Shown: in pieces, positions 56,172 to 64,000 of the stretch
Position numbering within the stretch: position 1 is the first letter of the stretch
Layout: each line of letters opens with the position of its first letter
DNA from: Nitrospinales bacterium
GTDB lineage: Bacteria; Nitrospinota; Nitrospinia; Nitrospinales; JAJDAT01
Length of the DNA stretch: 64,000 bases
Assembly: GCA_046757665.1 (NCBI GenBank)
Contig: JBHHYO010000007.1
Location: 1,173 to 65,172 of the forward strand
Direction of reading: 5' to 3'
Translations under genes and position numbers: made by a program
Notes under the pieces: model-generated
What the model was told of the DNA's origin: nothing
What the model saw: the letters and a program-made list of their open reading frames with translations, nothing else
Database searches by the model: none

Positions 56172-57236
56172 ATGAAAGGTCTTATTTTAAGCGGGGGCAA
56201 AGGGACCCGGCTACGGCCGCTAACGCATACCCAGGCCAAGCAGTTGGTCCCCGTCGCCAACAAACCCATTCTTTTTTACGGCATCGAGGCGCTGGCGGAA
56301 GCGGGTATCAAGGACATCGGCATCGTCGTCGGCGATACCAAGGCGGAAATCCGGCAGGCCGTCGGCAGTGGCGCCGGTATGGGACTGAAGATCACCTATA
56401 TCGATCAAAGCGCTCCGCTGGGCCTGGCACATGCCGTTAAAATCTCCCAGGATTACTTGAAGAACGATCCTTTTGTCATGTATCTGGGAGATAATATTAT
56501 TTTCGGCGGGGTACGGAACTTTGTGAAGAAGTTCCAAAAGGAAAAACCCAATTCCCAGATTTTGCTGGCTCATGTGCCCAACCCCAGGGAATTCGGTGTT
56601 GCCGAACTTTCCAGGGGACGGGTGGTGCGCTTGCAGGAAAAACCCAAACGGCCCAAGTCCGACCTGGCGCTGGTCGGCGTTTACCTCTTCGACCGTTCCG
56701 TCTTCGAGGCCGTCAACGCCATCAAACCTTCCAAAAGAAACGAATTGGAAATTACCGACGCCATCCAGTACCTGATCGAAAAAAAATACCATGTTCAATC
56801 CCATATCATCGACGGCTGGTGGAAAGACACCGGCAAGCTGGAGGACATCCTGGAAGCCAACCGGATGATCCTGGATGGCTTGACGGCGAGCATCCGCGGG
56901 AAGGTGGACAAGAAATCGAAAGTGGAATTCAAGGTGGTCGTCGAAAGAGGCGCGCAAGTGGTCAACAGCGTCATTCGCGGTCCCGCCATCATCGGCAAGG
57001 GCGCCCGGGTGATCGATTCCTACGTCGGCCCGTTCACCTCCATCGAACATGGCGTTTGCCTGGAAAAAGTCGAAATCGAACACAGCATCGTTTTGCAAAA
57101 CAGCGCCATCAAAAATATCGGCAAAAGAATCAGCGACAGCCTGATCGGCCGCAATGTTTCCATCGAACCGTCCAACGGGCGGCCGGAATCCTATCAGTTC
57201 ATGGTAGGCGACAACAGCAGTTTGATGGTGTATTGA
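56172..57236 (+). CDS. rmlA: Glucose-1-phosphate thymidylyltransferase, long form (nucleotidyltransferase plus left-handed beta-helix)
   Basis: MKGLILSGGKGTRLRPLTHTQAKQLVPVANKPIL. 354 aa with hexapeptide-repeat-like C-terminal third. Confidence 0.85.
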   Translation: MKGLILSGGKGTRLRPLTHTQAKQLVPVANKPILFYGIEALAEAGIKDIGIVVGDTKAEIRQAVGSGAGMGLKITYIDQSAPLGLAHAVKISQDYLKNDPFVMYLGDNIIFGGVRNFVKKFQKEKPNSQILLAHVPNPREFGVAELSRGRVVRLQEKPKRPKSDLALVGVYLFDRSVFEAVNAIKPSKRNELEITDAIQYLIEKKYHVQSHIIDGWWKDTGKLEDILEANRMILDGLTASIRGKVDKKSKVEFKVVVERGAQVVNSVIRGPAIIGKGARVIDSYVGPFTSIEHGVCLEKVEIEHSIVLQNSAIKNIGKRISDSLIGRNVSIEPSNGRPESYQFMVGDNSSLMVY

Positions 57237-57278
57237 CTTGGGACCCGCAAACGTCCGCAATATTTTCGGGGATACGCA

Positions 57279-58262
57279 TTGAAATTACTGATTACCGGTG
57301 GCGCGGGTTTTATCGGCGGCAACTTCATCCGCTACTACCTTCAAGCCCATCCCGGTTGCGCGATCGTCAATCTGGATAAATTGACTTACGCGGGCAACCG
57401 CGCCAGCCTCAAGGATATCGAGGACCAGCCAGCGTACCGGTTTGTCCAGGGCGATATTTGCGATGTGAACCTGGTGCGGGAGTTGATAGCGGACGGGGTG
57501 GATGTCGTGGTCAACTTCGCCGCCGAATCGCACGTCGACCGCAGTATCCATGACGCCGCCGTGTTCCTGGATACCAATATCCAGGGAACTTATAATTTAT
57601 TGAAATGCTCCCGCGATGCGGGGGTGGCCTTGTTCCTGCAAGTGTCCACGGACGAGGTTTACGGGTCGCTGGGCTCCACGGGGTTTTTCACGGAGCGTTC
57701 GACGATTCAACCCAACAGCCCCTACGCGGCGAGCAAGGCCGCCGCCGACCTCGTATGCCGCTCCTTGTATGAAACGTTTGGTTTCCCCGTCATCATCAGC
57801 CGCAGTTGCAATAACTTCGGTCCCTACCAGTTTCCGGAAAAACTGATTCCGCTTTTCATTACCAACCTGCTGGAGGACTGCCCCGTGCCGGTTTACGGCG
57901 ACGGCCTCAACGTCCGCGATTGGATTCACGTCGAGGATCACTGCCGGGCGCTCGACGCGATTCTGCAAAAGGGCCAGCCGGGCGAGGTTTATAACGTCGG
58001 CGCCAGGCAGGAAAAAACCAACCTGGAAATCACCACCATCATCCTGCGCGAGCTGGGCAAACCGGAATCGTACAAGAAATTCGTTGAAGACCGGCTGGGA
58101 CACGACCGCCGGTACGCCATTGATCCCGCCAAGCTCGAAAAGGAACTGGACTGGCGCCCCGCGTTCGGCTTTGAGCAGGCCATCAAGGATACGGTCGCCT
58201 GGTACCGCGACAACCCGGAATGGTGGAAACCGCTGAAGCATAAAACCGGGCAGACGGATTGA
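57279..58262 (+). CDS. rmlB: dTDP-glucose 4,6-dehydratase
   Basis: TTG start. LLITGGAGFIGGNF, TDEVYG, YAASKAAADL (YxxxK). Confidence 0.93.
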   Translation: MKLLITGGAGFIGGNFIRYYLQAHPGCAIVNLDKLTYAGNRASLKDIEDQPAYRFVQGDICDVNLVRELIADGVDVVVNFAAESHVDRSIHDAAVFLDTNIQGTYNLLKCSRDAGVALFLQVSTDEVYGSLGSTGFFTERSTIQPNSPYAASKAAADLVCRSLYETFGFPVIISRSCNNFGPYQFPEKLIPLFITNLLEDCPVPVYGDGLNVRDWIHVEDHCRALDAILQKGQPGEVYNVGARQEKTNLEITTIILRELGKPESYKKFVEDRLGHDRRYAIDPAKLEKELDWRPAFGFEQAIKDTVAWYRDNPEWWKPLKHKTGQTD

Positions 58263-58265
58263 GAA

Positions 58266-59156
58266 ATGAAAATACTGATCCTGGGGTCCCGGGGGATGCT
58301 GGGACACGATCTGCTCCGCGCCTTCGCAAACTCCGGCCATGAAACGGTCGGGGCGGAGCGGACGGACCTGGACATCACCGATGCGCGGGCCGTGTCCCGC
58401 TTCATTCAACATTCGCGGCCCCGGTGGGTGATCCTTGCCGCCGCCTATACCCGGGTGGATGACTGCGAATCGAATCGCGACCGGGCGTTTGCGGTCAACG
58501 CGCAGGGGCCGAAGCATGTCGCCGTCGCCTGCCGGGAAGCCAACGCCGGGTTGTGCTTTGTCAGCACCGATTACGTGTTCGACGGCGGCAAAAATTCTCC
58601 TTACACCGAAGAAGACTCCGCCAACCCGCAAAACGTTTACGGCGAGTCCAAGCTGGCGGGGGAAAAGAATGTCCAGGAATTTTCCGATGAGTTTTTGATC
58701 GTCCGCTCCTCCTGGCTTTATGGCCTTCACGGCAGGAACTTCGTGGAAACCATCCTGGCAAAAGCTCAATCGCAACCGGAACTGAAAGTTGTTGACGACC
58801 AGGTGGGAGCGCCCACCTGGACCGTGGACTTGGCCGCGGGCATCGTCTCCCTGGTTGAAAAAGGGACGGGCGGAATAGTCCATGTGACCAATGCGGGAAA
58901 CTGTTCCTGGCACGAGTTTGCCGAAAAAATCCTGGAATTGAACGGCGTGCGCGGGGTGGCCGTCCGGCCGGTTTCCAGCGCACAATTTCAAGCCCCGGCG
59001 CGCCGTCCCGCCTGTTCCCGGCTGGCCCTGGAGCGATTCCGGAAACTCACGGGCCATGCCTTGCAACCCTGGCCGCAAGCGCTCGCCCAATACCTGCAGG
59101 AAAGGAAAAAACAGGTGGAAACGGGAAAGTTTTTCCCCGCCGGAAGAAATGAATAG
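58266..59156 (+). CDS. rmlD: dTDP-4-dehydrorhamnose reductase
   Basis: MKILILGSRGMLGHDL, STDYVFDG, YGESKLAGE. Confidence 0.9.
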   Translation: MKILILGSRGMLGHDLLRAFANSGHETVGAERTDLDITDARAVSRFIQHSRPRWVILAAAYTRVDDCESNRDRAFAVNAQGPKHVAVACREANAGLCFVSTDYVFDGGKNSPYTEEDSANPQNVYGESKLAGEKNVQEFSDEFLIVRSSWLYGLHGRNFVETILAKAQSQPELKVVDDQVGAPTWTVDLAAGIVSLVEKGTGGIVHVTNAGNCSWHEFAEKILELNGVRGVAVRPVSSAQFQAPARRPACSRLALERFRKLTGHALQPWPQALAQYLQERKKQVETGKFFPAGRNE

Positions 59157-59247
59157 CATACCTTTGTTTGCGGAATCCAAAGAAGTGTGGTTGTAACTAC
59201 TTGAAATACAGGTGTCTGGTTTTTATTTTTCGCAAACGCGCATAGTC

Positions 59248-59263
59248 TGGCATACGATTTGCT
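59248..59263 (+). promoter_or_regulatory. Sigma-54 type -24/-12 promoter (TGGCAT-N5-TTGCT)
   Basis: ctggcatacgatttgct. GG at 59249-50 and GC at 59261-62 give exact 12-nt register. 92 nt downstream of the rmlD stop. Confidence 0.5.
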
Positions 59264-59272
59264 TTATAATCA

Positions 59273-59427
59273 GGCGAAGATTCGGACTGGCACACTCCTT
59301 ACCCGGATGGGTTCGCTTTTACCAGGGAGTTGAACTCATTCGGGGTGCCTCTGCTTTTTCTGGCGCGGCATTTGCCAATTTTCCCTATTTTTTTGCGACC
59401 GGAGTTTTTGAACTCCGGTTTTTTTTT
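59273..59427 (+). ncRNA. Candidate ~155-nt sigma-54-dependent small RNA (or 3'UTR-derived RNA of the rml operon)
   Basis: Bounded by the -24/-12 element and a strong intrinsic terminator. The only ORF inside is 8 codons with no SD. Confidence 0.3.
59398..59427 (+). terminator. Rho-independent terminator
   Basis: accggagtt-tttg-aactccggt (9-bp perfect stem) followed by T8. Confidence 0.8.
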
Positions 59428-59533
59428 GCCTGTTGCGTTGCCGGACAATCCTACCCCCTTTCATTCCCCAATCCCCCGTCTCAAAAGAGGTTCCACCGTC
59501 GCATACCTGCATTTCGCGCTATATGTAGGGGCA

Positions 59534-59561
59534 GTTGGCGGTTGACAGTTGACGGTTGGCG
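59534..59561. repeat. Tandem heptamer repeat (GTTGGCG GTTGACA GTTGACG GTTGGCG)
   Basis: Four contiguous 7-nt units with consensus GTTGRCR. Confidence 0.7.
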
Positions 59562-59604
59562 GAACAAACCGGAGACGGGAGGCCGGAGGCGGCCAACCGT
59601 GATC

Positions 59605-59710
59605 GTCATTGCGAGGCGGCTCAGCCGACGAAGCAATCCAGAAAGGACCCATTCCTACCGGGCGTGGCCCGACTGGATCGCCACGCCGCCGGTGGGCGGC
59701 TCGCGATGAC
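59605..59710. repeat. Imperfect ~106-bp palindromic (MITE/REP-like) element
   Basis: GTCATTGCGAG...GCAATCCAG at 59605-59639 mirrors CTGGATCGC...CTCGCGATGAC at 59673-59710, with one mismatch in each terminal block. Confidence 0.55.
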
Positions 59711-59756
59711 ACCGGGGCGGCGAAGAGCAAAAAATGCAAAGAACCCCCCCCCCAAA

Positions 59757-59784
59757 CCCCCTGCCTTGAAGGGGGCTTTTCTTT
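59757..59784 (+). terminator. Terminator-like hairpin next to the C10 tract
   Basis: ccccct-gccttga-aggggg followed by CTTTTCTTT. C10 homopolymer at 59744-59753. Confidence 0.35.
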
Positions 59785-60467
59785 GCGCTCCCTGCGGCTT
59801 TGCGGTGATTTCGGTATTGTAAATTTTAATCTTCAAAATGCGACATTCGGCATGGAAAAATATGTAATAAAAATAGTTTTTAATATTGATAAGTTAAGAA
59901 TAAATAATTAAACCTTTTTCTAGCACGGTTTTTCCGCGAAAATCGTTGATTTTTTACCTGACGGGAGAGCTGGAAAACCGGTTGCATGACAAGGGTTTTC
60001 CGGGTTTACAACCTGTCATTTAGACTATTTCGTTCCTCGTTTTAAAAAAAAATTTTTCTGCAAAAACCGGCTCCGGTCAGGTGCAACCGGCGGTGCAAAC
60101 GCTTGCAAGAGGATGGCGTGGCGGTCCCGGTCAGGGTTCCTGCGTCAAGCTCGGCTCCAGTTTGTATGGAACGGATGCGTGGTTTGTCTTGCCGGATGGG
60201 GTGGATCTAAAGCCGGCACGCTGAGCGGGACGTGTCATGGATGGCGGCCTCTGTGGGGGTCGATAGCCGGTTCGTTTGTCCGGAGTGGCTGGGCCGGGAA
60301 GCAACAGGTGGGCCGCGATTAACGTCTCATTGTTCTTGACCATGAGGGTTGTCTCCATTGGGTTGCGAATAGCTTTCTTATCGGATGGTTTTCGACGAGA
60401 CTTTATCAGTCAATGTCGAAATAAAAATGGAAGGGAAATGGGTCTTGTGAGGGCGGGCGAGAGCGGT

Positions 60468-62051
60468 TCAATTGATGGCTTCTACCAGAACAATGTTGTT
60501 GCGTACTTTTTCGATGAAAGCCAGCCGGGGGTTGTCCGTATCGGTCGGTTTGGGGATGATCCCCGTGGGCGTGATGAGAATTTCCGGGAGCAACGGCACC
60601 AGGTTTTTGATGAATGCCGATTTGATGGCGAAATTCACGTTTTGCGGCGGGTTGGAAAAAATCTGCGCGGTGTTGGCCGAATCGAGGGAGGAGGAAACGA
60701 GGCCCACCACCTCGCCTTTCTCGTTGAACAACGGCCCGCCGCTGTTGCCCGATTGAATGGGTACGCTGATTTGGAACGCCTTCGGGTCGTCTCCCACTCC
60801 GGACAGGGCGTTGATGACGCCTTCGGAGTATTTGGGTTGCCGGCCAAGAATGTTGCTCAGGGGAAAACCCAGGGTAAAGACTTTTTGACCGACCTTCATT
60901 TTTCCGGAATCGCCGAAAGTGATGTTCCTGACGGCGAGTTTCGGAAGACGCGCGGGTTTGAGAAAGGCAACGTCGTTTTGGGGATCCTTGACGGCAATGC
61001 CGGCGGAGACCGTGTCGCCGTCGAGAAACGTGACCCGGATTTGTTTCGCTTCTTTCACGACATGGTAATTGGTGACGATGTAACCGGAAGCCCCCAGGGA
61101 AAATCCGGTTCCGACAATTTGGGGGAGCTTGTTTTTCAGTAAAGGAGTCAGCCTGCGGTTGTGAAAATCGGGTTCTTGCGGGACGGCGGCAAATTCGAGG
61201 TTGGAGAAATCTTGCGGACGATAGCCGTATTTGCGGTAGTACTCGCGCAAACTTTTTCTGGCTTCCGCCAGCCCCTTGGTTTTCCTGTTCCGGAATTTTC
61301 CCGGAACGGCGGTTTGTTGTTCGTAGAGCGCCTTTGCCCGCAGTGTGTGGATAATGGCATTTCTGCCGTCATGGATCAGGTTGTATCCCAATCCAAGGCC
61401 CAGGTGTGCGGTGGCGTAATCGGGTTTGAGCTTGACGGCTTTTTTAAATTCCTCGACGGCGGCCTGGTTGCGTCCCATGTTTCCGTAAACAACGCCCAGC
61501 CCCAGGTGCGCGTCGGCATAATTCGGATCGATGCGCAATGCCTGCAAGTATTCGGCAATGGCTTCCTGATTGTGGCCCAGCTTGCGGTAGGAGACTCCGA
61601 GGTTGTAATGCGCGATGACGTAATTCGGATCGATTCGTAATGTTTCTTTGTATTCCTCTACGGCTTTCCGGCTTTGTTGCGTCAGCGAGTAGGCGAGGCC
61701 GAAACTGAAATGGGCATCGGCGTAGTTGGGGTCGAGTCTCAGGGCTTCTTCATATTCGGAGAAGGCTTCCTCGCTCAGGCCCATGTTGCAGTAAGCGTCT
61801 CCCAGCTTTTTGTGGGCCTCGGCGGATTGGGGATCCTGGTCTATGGCTCGCTGGAATGCCGAGACGGCTTGGTGATAGTCGCCCCGGTCGGCATAGGCGG
61901 TGCCCAGAAGAAGGTAGGCGGCGGGCCGGTTGGGATTTTCTGTTATAACCCGCTTGTACTCTTTAATCGTTGCATTGCCAGTCCCGAAAACCCCGGCCGG
62001 GCAGGCAAGAAAAATCGAGAGAATGCAGAACATGAAAAATTGTTTTTTCAC
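60468..62051 (-). CDS. Secreted TPR-repeat / trypsin-like (S1C) serine protease fusion
   Basis: GTG start. Signal peptide, about 6 TPR units (DPNYADAH repeated), and a C-terminal GNSGGPLFNEKGEVVGLVSS catalytic Ser motif. Confidence 0.8.
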   Translation of the reverse strand: MKKQFFMFCILSIFLACPAGVFGTGNATIKEYKRVITENPNRPAAYLLLGTAYADRGDYHQAVSAFQRAIDQDPQSAEAHKKLGDAYCNMGLSEEAFSEYEEALRLDPNYADAHFSFGLAYSLTQQSRKAVEEYKETLRIDPNYVIAHYNLGVSYRKLGHNQEAIAEYLQALRIDPNYADAHLGLGVVYGNMGRNQAAVEEFKKAVKLKPDYATAHLGLGLGYNLIHDGRNAIIHTLRAKALYEQQTAVPGKFRNRKTKGLAEARKSLREYYRKYGYRPQDFSNLEFAAVPQEPDFHNRRLTPLLKNKLPQIVGTGFSLGASGYIVTNYHVVKEAKQIRVTFLDGDTVSAGIAVKDPQNDVAFLKPARLPKLAVRNITFGDSGKMKVGQKVFTLGFPLSNILGRQPKYSEGVINALSGVGDDPKAFQISVPIQSGNSGGPLFNEKGEVVGLVSSSLDSANTAQIFSNPPQNVNFAIKSAFIKNLVPLLPEILITPTGIIPKPTDTDNPRLAFIEKVRNNIVLVEAIN

Positions 62052-62187
62052 GGTCTTGCCTCATGCAGAGTCTAATTACAGGTACACTTAAAACTATACA
62101 GAGTTTGGCTGATTTTTCAAGGCGATCAAGGAGGAAAACGCGGAAATGCGGCACGCCCGGTGCGGCCCCGATTCAACCGGAAAACGG

Positions 62188-62493
62188 TCAGGCCTTGGCC
62201 GAGTCTATTGTCTCCAGCGAAGAGGTTAAGACGACATATTCGGGCATCTCGGTTTTTTCCGTGGATGTTTGCGGAACGGGTGAGGATGTGAATGGAGGCT
62301 CAGCCATTTCCTGAATAAATTTTTTCGGAGACAATTTGTATTGTGTACAGATTCCGACCGCCTCCCGCCAGGTTTTGGCATAGGAAACTCCGGCGCCATT
62401 GGCGATTCGGTAGAAATAGCCTTTGAGGATCATGGCGTAATCCATGACATGTTCTTCGTGGGAATTGTCGATGTGAAGCCGTTTGATCAGCAC
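62188..62493 (-). CDS. Hypothetical protein (101 aa)
   Basis: ORF with protein-like composition and no recognised motif. Start uncertain. Confidence 0.35.
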   Translation of the reverse strand: MLIKRLHIDNSHEEHVMDYAMILKGYFYRIANGAGVSYAKTWREAVGICTQYKLSPKKFIQEMAEPPFTSSPVPQTSTEKTEMPEYVVLTSSLETIDSAKA

Positions 62494-62971
62494 GTTTGGA
62501 TCCTCTAGGTCAAAGGTTAGTTCAGTCAGTCGTGTTTGTCACAAGAACGGCATAATGGCCTTTATGCAATGGCCGTTGGGCGGCAATTTTAAACCTTCAC
62601 AGAAAAAGTCTGCCCAGGTTGAAAAATCTGGACAAATTTACGCTATCTGCTTGAAAAAAGTCAAGACAAAGCTTTGAATTTTTAGAATTAATAAAAACCG
62701 ATTGTGAAAAGACAGGGTGACTGCGATGCTGTTCTCCCGCAACAAGTCGGCCGATATTTGATTTTGTCAGGCGTAACCTTTTTAACGGATTGAAAGTCAT
62801 TAAAAGAGGTGGCGAAAACCGGTTTTTGGGAAGATGCGCTGAATGATTTTTAACAAACATGGTCAATTTTGTTTCGGTTTCGGGACTCAAATATAATATT
62901 AAATATTTAAAAAAAGTATTTTATCATAAATTTCAATGTGTTAGAATAAATTTGTTTATTCGTTTTTTAGA

Positions 62972-62987
62972 TGGTACAGAGTTTGCT
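62972..62987 (+). promoter_or_regulatory. Sigma-54 type -24/-12 promoter (TGGTAC-N5-TTGCT)
   Basis: tggtacagagtttgct. GG at 62973-74 and GC at 62985-86. Embedded in an AT-rich spacer about 100 nt upstream of the OmpA/Pal-like gene. Confidence 0.5.
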
Positions 62988-63087
62988 TTTTGAGAATTGC
63001 CTTGTACATCATGAAACGGGAGCATACTTAATTTGATATAAAATAGATATGAATTAGCCATTAATGACAAACCATACGGAGTTAATT

Positions 63088-63990
63088 ATGATGGAAATTA
63101 AACACTTTTTTCAACAAAGAATAGCGATTTTCACGATTTTATCGGTGGTGGCCGGATTGGGGATTACTGCCGGTTGTGCCAAGAAGCCTCTGGCGCTCCA
63201 CCCTCCGCAAGTGCAGTCAACAACGCAATCGGGGGGTGGCGCAAGTCAAACCGCCTCCGCCTCTGCCGCCAGGACGACCGGAGAAACTATGGACTCCGCG
63301 ACCGGCGGGCAGTCTGACCAGTGGTTGGTGGGGATAGAAGAGGAGACCTTGACGGAAAGCGGCGCTGTGGCTCCTTCTTCCGGTTCAAAAGACTCTTCGA
63401 GTAAAATGGCGATGACTGCCGACGGTTCGCGTTCCGGCGCCGGTGAAAGCTCCACTTTGGGCGCCGCGATGCGAGGCAAGGGTTCCCGATTCGGTGGTGC
63501 GGGAGCCCCGGTTGTGGGCAAAGGTTCCCGGTCCGGCGGGTTGGGCGATTTTGCGTCGGGAAGAGCGAAAAAAGGCGGAAAGGTGCGGATGAGCAAAATG
63601 TTGCCCTTCCGGTCGACGCGCGCGCTGGATGACGTGCATTTCCAATTTGACAAATACGATCTGGATGCAACGTCCAAGGCGATTTTGCAAAAAAACGCGC
63701 AGTGGCTCAAACAGCATCCGGGCGTCAAGCTCGAAATACAAGGCCATACTGATGAACGCGGCACCAACAATTATAATCTGGGCCTGGGAGAACGCCGCGC
63801 CCAAAGTGTCAAAAACTATTTGCTGGCTTTGGGTATCGACAAGAGCCGGCTGTTCGCAATCAGTTATGGAGAGGAAAAACCTTTTTGCCTGGAGAGCAAG
63901 GAAAACTGCTGGTGGCAGAACCGGCGGGGGCATTTCATGGTTTCCGCTCCTCGAAACAACCGGGGCGAGGTGTTCGGCATGTTGCCTTGA
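63088..63990 (+). CDS. OmpA-family peptidoglycan-associated lipoprotein (Pal-like) with ~150-aa Gly/Ser/Ala-rich linker
   Basis: GGAG 6 nt upstream of the ATG at 63088 (the ORF opens at 63064). Lipobox GITAGC. C-terminal FQFDKYDLDATSKAILQKNAQWLKQHPGVKLEIQGHTDERGTNNYNLGLGERRA. Confidence 0.85.
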   Translation: MMEIKHFFQQRIAIFTILSVVAGLGITAGCAKKPLALHPPQVQSTTQSGGGASQTASASAARTTGETMDSATGGQSDQWLVGIEEETLTESGAVAPSSGSKDSSSKMAMTADGSRSGAGESSTLGAAMRGKGSRFGGAGAPVVGKGSRSGGLGDFASGRAKKGGKVRMSKMLPFRSTRALDDVHFQFDKYDLDATSKAILQKNAQWLKQHPGVKLEIQGHTDERGTNNYNLGLGERRAQSVKNYLLALGIDKSRLFAISYGEEKPFCLESKENCWWQNRRGHFMVSAPRNNRGEVFGMLP

Positions 63991-64000
63991 TGAAAGCCCC

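Noticed and set aside
55733-56440. 235-aa plus-strand ORF in the ATPase/rmlA spacer
   Set aside because: It crosses the terminator-like palindrome and runs out of frame into rmlA. No SD, and implausible sequence.
58908-58921. TGGCACG-agt-TTGCC inside rmlD, resembling a sigma-54 promoter
   Set aside because: The GG-to-GC register is 11 nt rather than 12, it lies inside a coding region, and no downstream target is evident.
57597-59180. 527-aa minus-strand ORF across rmlB/rmlD
   Set aside because: It is antisense to two genes with clear SDR motifs and spans their intergenic junction.
59212-59709. 165-aa plus-strand ORF (GTG start) downstream of rmlD
   Set aside because: It reads through a sigma-54-like promoter, a strong intrinsic terminator, a heptamer STR and a palindromic repeat. 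The translation is low-complexity and unlikely to be a protein.
60131-60358. 75-aa Pro-rich minus-strand ORF downstream of the TPR-protease gene
   Set aside because: No SD, and Pro/Arg/Thr-rich low-complexity translation. It cannot be distinguished from a chance ORF in GC-rich DNA.

Overview
A 64-kb, densely coding chromosomal window from a diderm (Gram-negative type) bacterium. G+C looks like the mid-50s percent by eye. I recognised about 60 credible CDS and no rRNA, tRNA, CRISPR array, integrase or transposase. Housekeeping content: uvrA; a long (~606 aa) UbiD-family decarboxylase; birA; proA; an M50 protease; the conserved dprA-topA-trmFO block; htrA/degP; mlaA; rmlA(long form)-rmlB-rmlD; a complete YejABEF-like peptide ABC importer; a second permease pair with no partners; and envelope lipoproteins (two Slp paralogs, one OmpA/Pal-like). 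Accessory or unusual content, in rough order of interest. (1) A minus-strand cluster with an orphan GAF-GAF-GspE/PilB-type ATPase, a coiled-coil porin, a single-lobe PstS-like protein, and a Cache kinase with a REC-only regulator; no secretion or pilus partners are present. (2) Three FGE-sulfatase-domain paralogs, interrupted by a low-GC islet encoding a PD-(D/E)XK-like protein and followed by a DUF6516(TumE-like)/wHTH two-gene module with a promoter-operator palindrome. (3) A three-gene radical-SAM (DUF512-like) operon next to an AhbD/NirJ-like rSAM/SPASM gene. (4) Three well-spaced sigma-54 type -24/-12 promoters; one is followed only by an intrinsic terminator, making it a candidate sRNA. 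(5) A palindromic array of six GATTAAA heptamers upstream of htrA. (6) An AT-rich 440-bp intergenic region with triplicated 13-mers, a strong sigma-70 promoter and a structured leader. (7) A repeat-rich non-coding stretch containing a heptamer STR, a ~106-bp palindromic element and a C10 tract. Everything was read by eye from the sequence and the supplied ORF track. Family names come from remembered motifs, not from searches, and start codons are best guesses.
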